Below, one piece after another: positions 19,212 to 29,900 of a stretch of DNA of 64,000 bases; the stretch's first letter is position 1; each line of letters starts with the position of its first letter. The position numbers and the translations under genes were made by a program. The notes under the pieces were generated by a model. It ran no database searches, was not told the origin of the DNA, and saw only the letters and a program-made list of their open reading frames with translations. This DNA comes from an uncultured Clostridium sp. (GTDB lineage Bacteria; Bacillota; Clostridia; Ch29): contig CAZVBE010000011.1 of the NCBI GenBank assembly GCA_964625335.1, positions 692-64,691 of the forward strand, read 5' to 3'.

Positions 19212-20963
19212 ATGAAGGTGCTGCTTACAACGCTGAATTCCAAATTCATTCATTCATCCCTTGCCCTTAGATACCTGATGGCGTATTGCAGGGACAAGCC
19301 CTATAACCTGGGGTTCAGGGAGTTTACCATAAACGATCCCATCCATACAATAACGGGGGAGATATACAGCGAGACCCCGGATATTGTCGCCTTCTCATGC
19401 TATATATGGAACATTACCGAAACACTGACACTTGCCCGCAGGATTAAACAGGTTAAGCGGGATACCGTTATTGTGCTCGGGGGGCCCGAGGTGTCCTACG
19501 ACGACTGTGCCCTGATGGAGCAGCATCCTTTTATTGATTTCATAGTGAGGGGAGAGGGGGAGGAGACCTTCAGGGAACTGCTGGAATACATTGTGGAAGG
19601 CAGAGGGCCAATAGATAATATCCGCGGGATAACCCACAGGTCCGCCGGCAGTGTTGTGAAAAACAAGGACAGGGAATTGATATGCGAACTTGATTCTATT
19701 CCTTTTCCCTATGGGTTTGACAGCGAACTTGAAAATAAAATAGTATACTATGAGGCATCGCGGGGCTGTCCCTTTCAGTGCCAGTACTGCCTTTCATCCA
19801 CCATTAAAGGAGTAAGGTTTTTTCCGGTTGAAAGGGTTAAAAAGGACCTGGACAGACTTATGGAACTTGGGGTAAAGCAGGTTAAGTTTGTGGACAGGAC
19901 ATTCAACTGCAACAGCAGCTTCTCCCGGGAAATATTTGGCCATTTGATTGAAAGGGGAGGCGATATAAATTTCCATTTTGAAATAACCGCCGACCTCCTG
20001 GATAAAGAACTCCTTAAGCTTCTTGATACCGCACCGCCGGGCCTTTTCCAGTTTGAGGTGGGCGTGCAGACCACCAACCCGCAGGTCTTGAAGGAAATAA
20101 GGAGAGATACCCGGCAGGAGGCGTTATTTCAAAACATAGGGGAGATTTCCAAGGGCAGAAATATCCATCAGCACCTTGACCTTATAGCAGGGCTGCCGGG
20201 GGAGGATATGGCCTCCTTTGCAAAGTCCTTTAACCATGTCTTTGGTTTGGCTCCGGATATGCTGCAGCTGGGGTTTCTGAAGCTGCTTAAAGGTTCGGGT
20301 ATAAGGGAGAGGGCACCGGAATACGGATATGTTTTTACAGCAGAGCCGCCCTATGAAGTCCTGGCCAATGATTGGATGGACTACGGGGATTTGCGCAGGT
20401 TAAAGCTTATCGAGCAGGTTTTGGAATACTACTATAACAGCCACGGTTTTGACAATACACTTAAATTTATACTATCCTGTTTTACCGGCGGCCCCTTTGA
20501 ATTTTTTAAGGACCTGTCCCGATACCTGGAGAATAAAGGGTTGCATCTTTTAAAGCACGGCCGCAGGGAGCTTTATTCGCTGCTTTATGATTACTGTGTG
20601 CACCGGTTACAAGCGCCGGAGGCGGCTGTTAATGAGCTGCTCAAACTGGATTTTCTGCTGACCGAAAGGGCCCTGAAGCTGCCGCCGCCGATTAACAGAA
20701 TAGAGACCCCGTTTTTCAAGCAAAGGTGCTTTGACTTCCTTGGCAGACCCGAAAATATTAGGTTTTATATTCCCGATTATGCGGAGCTTTCTCCAAAGCA
20801 AGTTTACAAGCTTGTACATTTTGAGGTTTTTGATTCCTGTATATGCGGGCATGTACCGGAAATTGAGAACAGGGACAATGAAAGGGAAGTAACCGTATTG
20901 TTTGATTACAGGAACAAAGACAGATTGAGACAAAAGGCCCGAATAATAATTGTGCAGCTTTGA
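19212..20963 (+). CDS. B12-binding domain-containing radical SAM protein (with DUF4080-like C-terminal region)
   Basis: An N-terminal B12-binding Rossmann region precedes the radical SAM cluster motif SRGCPFQCQYC. It sits downstream of the cobalamin riboswitch and cobT. Confidence 0.8.
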   Translation: MKVLLTTLNSKFIHSSLALRYLMAYCRDKPYNLGFREFTINDPIHTITGEIYSETPDIVAFSCYIWNITETLTLARRIKQVKRDTVIVLGGPEVSYDDCALMEQHPFIDFIVRGEGEETFRELLEYIVEGRGPIDNIRGITHRSAGSVVKNKDRELICELDSIPFPYGFDSELENKIVYYEASRGCPFQCQYCLSSTIKGVRFFPVERVKKDLDRLMELGVKQVKFVDRTFNCNSSFSREIFGHLIERGGDINFHFEITADLLDKELLKLLDTAPPGLFQFEVGVQTTNPQVLKEIRRDTRQEALFQNIGEISKGRNIHQHLDLIAGLPGEDMASFAKSFNHVFGLAPDMLQLGFLKLLKGSGIRERAPEYGYVFTAEPPYEVLANDWMDYGDLRRLKLIEQVLEYYYNSHGFDNTLKFILSCFTGGPFEFFKDLSRYLENKGLHLLKHGRRELYSLLYDYCVHRLQAPEAAVNELLKLDFLLTERALKLPPPINRIETPFFKQRCFDFLGRPENIRFYIPDYAELSPKQVYKLVHFEVFDSCICGHVPEIENRDNEREVTVLFDYRNKDRLRQKARIIIVQL

Positions 20964-21025
20964 AGGATATTTACAAGAAACGCAGAAATTATTAGGTCAT
21001 GGGGGAAAAAGGGGGATTCAGGAGG

Positions 21026-21964
21026 ATGAAGCATTCTGTACTTATAGTTGATGACAGCGGTTTTAATGTAAAAATACTAAAAAACCAATTGGAAGAATAC
21101 TATGAAGTAATTTCCACTACCGACCCTATGGATGCGGTTAGGGCAGCTGTTGAAAAAAAGCCAAGCATTATTCTTCTGGATGTAATGATGCCCGGGATGG
21201 ACGGGTACCAACTCTGTAAAATCCTTAAGGATGGTAAAGAAACAGCAAATATCCCGGTTGTTTTTCTTACCTCCAAAGGAAGAGTCCAGGATAAGGTTAC
21301 CGGATTAGAGGCCGGCGGGGACGATTACATAACAAAGCCCTATGAGTTAAGGGAGCTTTTGGCAAGATTAAATGTGCATATCAGGTTAAGGGAGGCTCAG
21401 GACCAGCTCAAACAGCTGTTGGAAGAGAAAAACCTGCTGATTGAGCAGCTTGAAAACCTGTCGCTGCATGATGGCCTGACCAATGTTCATAATAGAAGAT
21501 ATCTTGAAGAATACCTCGAAGGGGCCTTTGAGGAGTGTAAAAGATACGGGCTTGCTTTAACGGTTATTATAACGGATATTGACCACTTCAAAAGTGTTAA
21601 CGATACCTATGGACATCAGATAGGGGATGAAGTACTCAAAAAATTTACCAAAAGGCTTGAAGATAATATCAGAGGAGCGGATATGCTGGCGCGATATGGC
21701 GGGGAGGAATTTGTAGTAGTATTAAAAAACACGGATATAGATGGGGCGGTAGTACTTGCAGAAAAATTAAGGATGATTATAAAGGAGAAGCCCTTTGAAA
21801 TAGAGGGGCATCGTATAAGCCTTACAGTAAGTTTTGGCATTGCAGGGATGAAAGCCGGTAATTACTCGGATGCAGCGCAATTAATAAGGGATGCCGATAT
21901 GTATCTTTATAAAGCAAAGAATGAAGGCCGAAACAGGGTTGAATATGAAGGCAGGAAGGAGTAA
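21026..21964 (+). CDS. Response regulator receiver + GGDEF diguanylate cyclase (PleD-like)
   Basis: The REC domain has LIVDDS...LLDVMMPGMDG and the phospho-acceptor Asp. The GGDEF domain has the active-site motif RYGGEEFVVVL. Confidence 0.85.
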   Translation: MKHSVLIVDDSGFNVKILKNQLEEYYEVISTTDPMDAVRAAVEKKPSIILLDVMMPGMDGYQLCKILKDGKETANIPVVFLTSKGRVQDKVTGLEAGGDDYITKPYELRELLARLNVHIRLREAQDQLKQLLEEKNLLIEQLENLSLHDGLTNVHNRRYLEEYLEGAFEECKRYGLALTVIITDIDHFKSVNDTYGHQIGDEVLKKFTKRLEDNIRGADMLARYGGEEFVVVLKNTDIDGAVVLAEKLRMIIKEKPFEIEGHRISLTVSFGIAGMKAGNYSDAAQLIRDADMYLYKAKNEGRNRVEYEGRKE

Positions 21965-21978
21965 TATTTGACCCGACT

Positions 21979-22263
21979 ATGGGCAAGAATACCGGTAGCA
22001 CATTATATGAGGTGAATTGGATGGAGCTTTTGTGCCCGCTTTGCAATGGTCTGGAGAGGAAAGTAATTCTGTGTGAAGGATGCGGAAACTGCATGGAGGA
22101 TAAGGGAGCTATACAGGAATATTTAGATGACTACAGCCCCTATCTTGATCTGGAGATAACCCGCAGGGTGGATGGAGTTCCCGACGATCAGTGCCTGCAT
22201 ATATTTGGATGCGAAGCCTGCGGCTCTATAAAGAAAGTAGCCATTGGAATGATTGAATGCTAG
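21979..22263 (+). CDS. Small Cys-rich zinc-ribbon protein
   Basis: CxxC motifs are present (CPLCNG, CEGCGNC, CEACGS). The start may be ATG 22021. Confidence 0.45.
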   Translation: MGKNTGSTLYEVNWMELLCPLCNGLERKVILCEGCGNCMEDKGAIQEYLDDYSPYLDLEITRRVDGVPDDQCLHIFGCEACGSIKKVAIGMIEC

Positions 22264-22805
22264 GGAAATAAATGAAGGCCCATGATGATCTTCGCTCCGG
22301 CTGATGCACATCCCTACACACCTATATACAATCTTTCGACTGCATACAAGCGTTACGGAACATACACCAACCTTTGCTCGACTATTAAGAGTACCTAAGG
22401 AACCTATTGCAATCTCTCGACTGCAATAGGTCCCGGCAGTCAGTCATGCCTAAATTACTTCTGCAAATTTGGAACCCTTAATAGTCTTAACTCGAACATT
22501 ATACATCCTTTTCGACCATATACCAACAGTTGGGCTGGCATACAGCCTTGGAGGACATATAATGCTCTGCCCGCCGACCAATACCGAACCTTCTTGATCC
22601 GGTATTGATCTTTGGCCGAATATTATTGAGCCCTTTCGGACCCAATAACACTCTTGGCTCAACCATCATGGACCCTTCGCTATCTATTATGCGCAAGGGA
22701 ACAAAAATATATTCTGACCATTAATTGGCAATATGAACAGAGACCGCAGTGCCAGGCGGGGTGCAGCTTTGAACCTATGAAATAAATGGTTTTGGACTTT
22801 GACCT

Positions 22806-22850
22806 TGACATACGTCTTGCCTTGTTTTAATATATATATTGCAACGAAAA
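22806..22850 (+). promoter_or_regulatory. Sigma-70-like promoter for tRNA-Ala
   Basis: TTGACA, a 17-nt spacer and TAATAT lie about 10 nt upstream of the tRNA 5' end. Confidence 0.45.
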
Positions 22851-22858
22851 TTAAACGT

Positions 22859-22934
22859 GGGGATATGGCGAAGCTGGGATCGCGCCTGAATGGCATTCAG
22901 GAGGCCAGGGGTTCGAATCCCCTTATCTCCACCA
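22859..22934 (+). tRNA. tRNA-Ala (anticodon GGC)
   Basis: The 76-nt cloverleaf has a G3:U70 Ala identity pair. Anticodon loop ATGGCAT gives GGC, the T-arm is AGGGGTTCGAATCCCCT, and CCA is encoded. Confidence 0.85.
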
Positions 22935-23342
22935 AATAATCTACCATCTATTGATAAAAAATAATTTATCAGCAGGTGGTTTTATTTTTGCCCAAAAGCC
23001 CAGCAATAAAGCCGTTCCTGCTATTCTAGAGGATCGGCTTTAACATTTACTGGGGTCTATTTCGGCGGTCATAAGAAGTAACCTCTGAATTTACCTAGAA
23101 AGTTCACAGAGGTTATCGTTGAAAGTTAGCAGGGGTGTGCATATTTTGGGTCAATCGTTGAAAGATTGGATAATCGTTAGAAGATTGCTGATTTTAGCGA
23201 TCAGTTTGCCGTTTTTGCACCTAAAAAGTAATTACTATAGCAACTAAAAATATATGTAGAAAATAATTTAATATTAAAGTTGTAAAAATAATTACTTTAT
23301 GTTATAATAAATGCCATATTAAGGCAAAGGAGGAGTAACCAG

Positions 23343-23555
23343 TTGGTTGAGAAAAAAGCTAAATCAAAGATGCCAATGGAGCATCTCAACATTGCAGAGT
23401 TCAACCGTGGCCAATCCTCAAAGCTGATAAGAGGCCTGGTCGCAGATGACAAGACGGCGTTCATTCAAAAAAACGGTAAGCCTATCGCAGTTGTTATGTC
23501 CAATGCTCGCTATGAACGATTGCTAAAGAAGGGGGTCGATATCAATGAATATTAA
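23343..23555 (+). CDS. Phd/YefM-family antitoxin-like protein (orphan; TTG start) translationally coupled to hsdM
   Basis: The profile HLNIAEFNRGQSSKLIRGLVADDKTAFIQKNGKPIAVVMSNARYERLL matches Phd/YefM. An RBS AAGGAGGAG lies 7 nt upstream. The 3' end overlaps the hsdM start by 11 nt. Confidence 0.6.
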   Translation: MVEKKAKSKMPMEHLNIAEFNRGQSSKLIRGLVADDKTAFIQKNGKPIAVVMSNARYERLLKKGVDINEY

Positions 23556-25614
23556 CATATCCGAAAAATCCAACTTTATATGGAAAATAGCGGACTTGCT
23601 TCGCGGCGATTACAAGCAGAGCGAGTATGGTGATGTTATTTTGCCGTTTACCGTGCTTTGCCGTTTGGATAGCGTACTTGCTCCAACGAAAGATGCGGTT
23701 CTGGAGGTAAACAGAACCTGCAAATTTAAAAACAAGGCTCCGTTTTTAATGAAAGCAACAAAAACAGAGAGTGTGCCTGAAGGCTATAGGTTTTATAACG
23801 TCAGTGAATTCACTTTTGCCAAACTGAAAAACGATGCTACTAACATCGCGGATAATCTCACCGATTACATAAAGGGTTTCTCGGAGAATGCCCGGACGAT
23901 ATTGGAGTCTTTTGATATATACTCGCAGATTGCGCGGCTCGACAGGGCAAACTTGCTGTACCTTGTAATTTGTAAGTTTGTGGACGATATAGACCTACAC
24001 CCCGACCGCGTAAAAAATAATGAGATGGGTTATATTTTCGAGGAACTCATCCGCAAGTTTTCGGAAATGTCCAATGAAACCGCAGGTGAACACTTCACTC
24101 CGCGTGAGGTTATTCGCCTGATGGTATCTATGCTATTTAACCCAGATTTGGATAAAATTATTGACCCGGCGTTTATGGCGAAGCTGTACGACCCGGCAGC
24201 TGGAACGGGTGGGATGCTTTCGGCGGCAATAGAATATGCAGCAGAGCATTCTCCGTCAGCCATCATACGGGTTTACGGGCAAGAACTGAATGAGAAAACC
24301 TATGCCATATGTAAATCCGACACGATGATTAAAGGCGATGGCTACGAAAACATTCATCTCGGAAACAGTTTCACCGAGGATGCTTTGCCTATGGAGCGGT
24401 TTCACTATATGCTCTGCAATCCGCCGTTCGGCGTAGAATGGAAAAAGTATGAGAAGTTCATCCGCGATGAATCCGAGGACAAGGGCTTCGCCGGGCGTTT
24501 CGGCGCAGGACTGCCCCGCGTGTCAGACGGTTCATTGTTGTTTTTGCAACATATGATAAGCAAAATGATGGAATATGACCCCGAAGCCGATGGAGTCACC
24601 GGCTGCCGTCTAGGCATTGTCTTCAACGGCTCACCGCTCTTTACGGGCGATGCCGGAAGTGGTGAAAGCGAAATCCGCAAGTGGATTATTGAGAATGGCT
24701 GGCTCGAAACCATCATCGCACTCCCCGATCAGCTTTTCTATAACACGGGCATCTTAACCTATGTATGGATTGTGACGAATCGCAAAAAGGGCATACGAAA
24801 GGGCAAAATCCAGTTGATTGACGGCACGTCCTTTTTTGAGCGAATGAGGAAACCACTCGGCGAAAAGCGCAAGATGTTGAACGAAACCCACATCGCTGAA
24901 CTCACTAAAATCTACGGCAATTTTGTGGATGGTGAGTATTGCAAAATATTTGATGAGGATGACTTCGCCTACTGGAAGGTCACAGTGGAACGCCCGCTCC
25001 GGCTGAATTTTCAAGCCTCGCCGGAGCGCATTGAGCGTATCCGTGAGCAAACGGCGTTTGCCAACCTCGCCAAGAGCCGTAAACGCAAGGCGGAGGAAAT
25101 CGCTAAAGAAGTCGCTGAGGGTGTAAAGCAACAGGAAGCAATCCTCGCCGCCATCACCACGATTGACGGTTCCGTATTGTACAAGAACCGTGCCGAGTTC
25201 TCCAAGCTGCTCCAGAAGGCATTGAAAAAAGCGGGGCTTGATGTAAAAGCGCCTCTCATGAAAGCTATCCTTGCCGGACTGTCTGAGAAGGACGAAACCG
25301 CCGGAATTTGCACCGATGCCAAGGGGAATCCTGAACCTGATACAGATTTGCGCGACACCGAGCAAATACCATTCACAAGAATAGTGCCGGAAAAAGAAGC
25401 CATCGACGATTACATCGAGCGGGAGGTCAAACCTTATGCGCCCGATGCATGGGTGGATTATTCCAAAACAAAAAAAGGCTATGAAATCCCGTTCACGCGT
25501 CACTTCTATAAATATGAGGAACTCGGCGATTCCGAAGAAACCTTGCTTGAAATCCATTCGCTGGGTGAGCGGATTCAGTCAGGGATTAATCGGTTGTTTG
25601 CGGAGGAGGTGTGA
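23545..25614 (+). CDS. hsdM: Type I restriction-modification system methyltransferase subunit (N6-adenine)
   Basis: It has an HsdM N-terminal domain and a SAM-binding region DPAAGTGGML. The catalytic motif is LCNPPFGVEW. It is 689 aa long. Confidence 0.9.
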   Translation: MNINISEKSNFIWKIADLLRGDYKQSEYGDVILPFTVLCRLDSVLAPTKDAVLEVNRTCKFKNKAPFLMKATKTESVPEGYRFYNVSEFTFAKLKNDATNIADNLTDYIKGFSENARTILESFDIYSQIARLDRANLLYLVICKFVDDIDLHPDRVKNNEMGYIFEELIRKFSEMSNETAGEHFTPREVIRLMVSMLFNPDLDKIIDPAFMAKLYDPAAGTGGMLSAAIEYAAEHSPSAIIRVYGQELNEKTYAICKSDTMIKGDGYENIHLGNSFTEDALPMERFHYMLCNPPFGVEWKKYEKFIRDESEDKGFAGRFGAGLPRVSDGSLLFLQHMISKMMEYDPEADGVTGCRLGIVFNGSPLFTGDAGSGESEIRKWIIENGWLETIIALPDQLFYNTGILTYVWIVTNRKKGIRKGKIQLIDGTSFFERMRKPLGEKRKMLNETHIAELTKIYGNFVDGEYCKIFDEDDFAYWKVTVERPLRLNFQASPERIERIREQTAFANLAKSRKRKAEEIAKEVAEGVKQQEAILAAITTIDGSVLYKNRAEFSKLLQKALKKAGLDVKAPLMKAILAGLSEKDETAGICTDAKGNPEPDTDLRDTEQIPFTRIVPEKEAIDDYIEREVKPYAPDAWVDYSKTKKGYEIPFTRHFYKYEELGDSEETLLEIHSLGERIQSGINRLFAEEV

Positions 25615-26921
25615 GTGTGGATAACTGCAATCAGCGATATCCGTGGATTGGAGTAATACCAGCTTCTTGGGATATAGTTCGCATTAAGCATATAGTTGCT
25701 TCTGAACCAAATTCAATGGTGGATGGACCCTTCGGATCAGACCTCAAGAACGAAGAATACGTCTTAGATGGGGTTCCTATTATCCAATTAAACAACATTG
25801 GCATTGGTTACCACAATATCGAAAATCTGAAGTTTATTACAGAAGAAAAAGCCGACCAGTTAAGTCGGCATAGAATTTGGCCGGGTGATGTCGTTATGGC
25901 AAAAATGGCTGATCCGGTTGCGCGGGGGACCATTGTGTCTGATGTGTACCCCTGTTATATCATATCCGCAGATTGTGTGAGGATAAAATTATCAAATGCC
26001 TGTCTACCACAGTTTCTCGTTTATGCATTGAATTCTTTTGTTAAACACGAAGCAGAACTGTTGGCCACAGGTACAACCCGAACGAGAATCAACCTTGGCA
26101 TCGCAAAAAATCTGCATGTTGTTTTGCCTAACCTTGAAATTCAACAGACAATCGTGCAGCATCTCGACCGCCGAACCGCCGAAATTGACAGCTTACTCGC
26201 CGACCTGCACGCCCAAGCGAAGATGCTCGACCGCTACAAGCGGGAACTCATTGCCGATGTGGTTACAAGTGGTTTGGATAAAGCCGCACTACGAAAAGAT
26301 AGCGGCGCAGATTGGATTGGTAAAGTGCCGTCACATTGGGAAATGACCACGCTGCGAGCCTTCCTAAAAGCCGTGAGCGTTAAGAATAGTGTCGATTTAC
26401 CATTGCTCTCAGTCGAGCGTGAGAAAGGCGTTGTTGACCGTGAAACGGAAGGCTCGGAGAATAATCACAACCGCATTCCCGATGACTTAAGTAATTATAA
26501 GGTTGTTCGCACAGGGGATTTTGTTATGAACAAGATGAAGGCTTGGCGCGGATCCTATGGAGTTTCAAGATATGACGGAATCGTAAGCCCGGCGTACTTT
26601 GTGTTTGCCTTGAATTTCCCAAACCCAGCCTTCTTTAATTACGCAATACGAAGTACGAAGTATATTGGTTTTTTTGGACGGGATTCATACGGTATCCGTA
26701 CCGACCAGTGGGATTTCAAAATCGAGCGGATTAAGAATATACCCTTTGCAGTACCGCCAGTTGAAGAACAACAAGCAATAGTCGAGTATCTTGACGACAA
26801 AATCCCATTGATTGAAGGTTTAATCGCAGACATCAACGAGCAGATAGAAAAGCTGAAGCAATACCGCCAGATCATCATCCACGATGCGGTCACGGGTAAA
26901 ATTAAGGTAACGGAGGGATAG
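25611..26921 (+). CDS. hsdS: Type I restriction-modification system specificity subunit (two target recognition domains)
   Basis: It has duplicated TRD architecture with conserved central and C-terminal coiled-coil regions. A GTG start overlaps the hsdM stop (GTGA). Confidence 0.85.
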   Translation: MSVDNCNQRYPWIGVIPASWDIVRIKHIVASEPNSMVDGPFGSDLKNEEYVLDGVPIIQLNNIGIGYHNIENLKFITEEKADQLSRHRIWPGDVVMAKMADPVARGTIVSDVYPCYIISADCVRIKLSNACLPQFLVYALNSFVKHEAELLATGTTRTRINLGIAKNLHVVLPNLEIQQTIVQHLDRRTAEIDSLLADLHAQAKMLDRYKRELIADVVTSGLDKAALRKDSGADWIGKVPSHWEMTTLRAFLKAVSVKNSVDLPLLSVEREKGVVDRETEGSENNHNRIPDDLSNYKVVRTGDFVMNKMKAWRGSYGVSRYDGIVSPAYFVFALNFPNPAFFNYAIRSTKYIGFFGRDSYGIRTDQWDFKIERIKNIPFAVPPVEEQQAIVEYLDDKIPLIEGLIADINEQIEKLKQYRQIIIHDAVTGKIKVTEG

Positions 26922-26924
26922 GAA

Positions 26925-29900
26925 ATGACTATAGATACAAAAGAGCGAACCTTTGAACAGGAAATTGAATACTGGCTGACGAACGGTGCGAAAAAAAACG
27001 ACCGATACGTCAAGGGCAGTCCCTCCGCGTTTAGCCGTGAATTGGCGATGGATACAGGGGCGGTTATCGCTTTTGTGAAAGATTCACAGCCTAAAGCATG
27101 GGTGGATTTGGAAAAACGTCACGGCGCGGATGTGGAGCGGGAGTTTTTGAAGCGCTTGTGCGCCGAACTTGACAAGCGTGGGATGATTGATGTGCTTCGC
27201 CACGGAATCGTTGATCTTGGTGTGCCCATTCGGCTCGCCTATTTCAAGCCGGGAAGTGGTATGAACAAGAGCCTTTCGGATTTGTACGATAAAAACGTCC
27301 TCCAAATAACACGTCAGGTCAAATACAGTACCGCTAACGAAAACTCTATCGATACGGTCATCTTTCTGAACGGACTTCCGATTATTACCATTGAACTCAA
27401 GAACCCGCTCACGGGGCAGACATACAAAAACGCCATAGACCAGTATAAAAATGACCGCAACCCGCGTGAATTATTGCTCGCTTCCAAAAAGCGGGCTATC
27501 GTGCATTTCGCTGTGGATACCGAGGAAGTCTGGATGACAACGTGGCTTAAGAAGCTGGATACAGTTTTTCTCCCGTTCAACAAAGGCTACGACAAGGGAG
27601 CGGGCAACCCGCCTGTGAAGGGCGATTACCGCACCTCATACCTTTGGAAGGAAGTCATGCGGAAGGACAGCTTGCTCGACATCCTCCATCGCTTTGTCCA
27701 GCTAACAAAAGACGAGAAAACAGGTAAAGAGAAGCTGATATTCCCGCGCTATCACCAGTTGGACGCAGTGCGCGAGATCGTGGATGACGTTTTCAAAAAC
27801 GGGTCAGGCAAGAACTACCTTATACAACATTCAGCAGGTTCAGGCAAATCGAATTCTATAGCATGGCTCGCCCATCATCTGGCGAACCTGCACGATGCCA
27901 ACAACGAAGTGGTGTTCCATAGTATTATTGTAATTACTGACCGCCGTGTTCTCGACAAACAGCTTCAGCGAGACATCTACAATATGGAGCACAAGCCTGG
28001 CGTAGTTGTACGCGTCGATAAAAACTCGAAACAACTGACCACCGCTCTTGAAAAGGGAGAGAAAATCATCATCTGCACTTTGCAAAAATTCCCGTTTGTG
28101 GATGTGAAAAATGTGGCGACCGCCGGAAAGCGGTTTGCAATTATTGTTGACGAAGCGCACTCTTCCCAAACGGGCAAGGCGAGTGAGCGGCTTAAGGAGG
28201 TTCTCGCTGACATTTCCGCACAGGGCGAGGACGCCATCGAAAAAAAGCTCCACGAGTATGCCGTTGAGGAAGCGAAGGCCGAAGCGGAGGAAATGGATCC
28301 CGATGAGGAAATCGCGGCTGAAATGGCGGCGCATGGTCAGCAGGATAATCTTTCGTTTTTTGCGTTCACCGCTACGCCGAAGCAAAAAACGCTTGAGATA
28401 TTTGGAACAAAGACCGCCGCTGGAAAACCCGAACCGTTTCATCTTTATAGCATGAGACAGGCTATCGAGGAGGGGTTCATTTTCAACGTCCTCGAAAACT
28501 ATACGACATACGAGACCTACTTCCAAATCGGAAAGAAAATCGCCGATGACCCTGTCTATGGGAAAAGTCAGGCAAACAAGGCTCTTGGTAAGTATATGAG
28601 CTTGCACCCGCATAACCTCGCCCAAAAGACCGAGGTCATTGTGGAACATTTCCGCAGTCAGGTTCAGCACCGTATTGGCGGCAAAGCGAAAGCGATGCTC
28701 GTTACAGGATCGCGGCTCCATGCCGTTCGTTACTTTTTTGAGTTCCAAAAGTACATCAAAAAAATGGGCTACACGGACTTGGGTGTCTTGGTGGCATTTT
28801 CAGGCACGGTTAAAGACAATGTGACCGGAGAGTTTAAGGAATACACAGAAGCAAATCTGAACAAGTTTCCTGACACGGAAACGGTAGATAAATTCGCGAC
28901 CGGGGAATATCAGCTTCTGCTCGTCGCCGAGAAATACCAGACCGGATTTGACCAGCCGCTTCTGCACACAATGTATGTCGATAAGAAGCTGTCCGGCGTT
29001 AAGGCGGTTCAGACGCTCTCCCGCGTCAATCGAACCTGCCCCGGTAAAACGGAGACCTTTATATTGGACTTCGTCAACTCCCCGGAGGATATTGAGAAAG
29101 CGTTCCAGGATTACTATCAGGGAACCGGCGTAGCCGAGACAACCGACCCGAACACCATCTACGACATTAAAAATGTACTGGACAGCTTTATGCTATATAC
29201 GGACAGCGAGATTGATGCCTTCGCCAAGGTGTTCTTTAAGGAATCAAAGACGCAGGGCAACATCGACTTGGCAAAGCTGAACTCTTTCATTGACCCTGCC
29301 GTCGACCGTTACGAGGCATTGACCGAAGAACAGGATAAAATGGACTTCAAAGGCGCTCTCTCTAAGTTCATTCGCCTGTATTCATTCCTCACGCATATAA
29401 TCAGCCTTGGCGATGCGAACCTCCATAAATTCTATGCTTACGCTAAGTGCCTGATTCGCAAGCTGCCAAAAGATGGAGGAACACGCACACCGAGCCTTGA
29501 TAACGATGTGACACTTCAGTATTACCGTCTTCAGAGGGTATACGAGGGAACTATCAGTTTAGTAAAAGAGGACGGCGTGTTGTATGGCAAAACTTCCGGT
29601 ACGGGACTTCCTCTTGAAGATGAGCAAGAAAATCTCTCAGTGATTTTATCAAAACTCAATGAACGGCTCGGCACAAATTTCACTAACGAGGATAAGGTTC
29701 TTGAGCAGATAGTGGAGGATATGGCTACCATCGACGAATTAGTGCTACGTGCCAAGAATCCGCTTGACCTCTTCAAAATCATCTACGACAACACTATTAT
29801 GGATGTCGTTCTCAGCCGTATGACTAAGAACCAAGAATTTTGCGAGAGATACCTTGAGGACGAGGAGTTTCGTATAGAAATCGATAAAATACTTCTTCCC

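Noticed and set aside
22300-22700. A possible CRISPR array, considered because of the recurring motif.
   Set aside because: The repeats are degenerate and irregularly spaced, without uniform spacers or adjacent cas genes. It is reported instead as a degenerate repeat tract.
22935-23342. A search for a tyrosine or serine integrase next to tRNA-Ala.
   Set aside because: No ORF with recombinase motifs lies between the tRNA and the XRE/ImmA module. The absence of an integrase is noted as a finding rather than a feature.
24754-25557. A 267-aa minus-strand ORF inside hsdM.
   Set aside because: It is antisense to a gene with clear MTase motifs and has no RBS or homology signal.
27840-28748. A 302-aa minus-strand ORF inside hsdR.
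   Set aside because: It is antisense to the SF2 helicase region of hsdR and is a shadow ORF.
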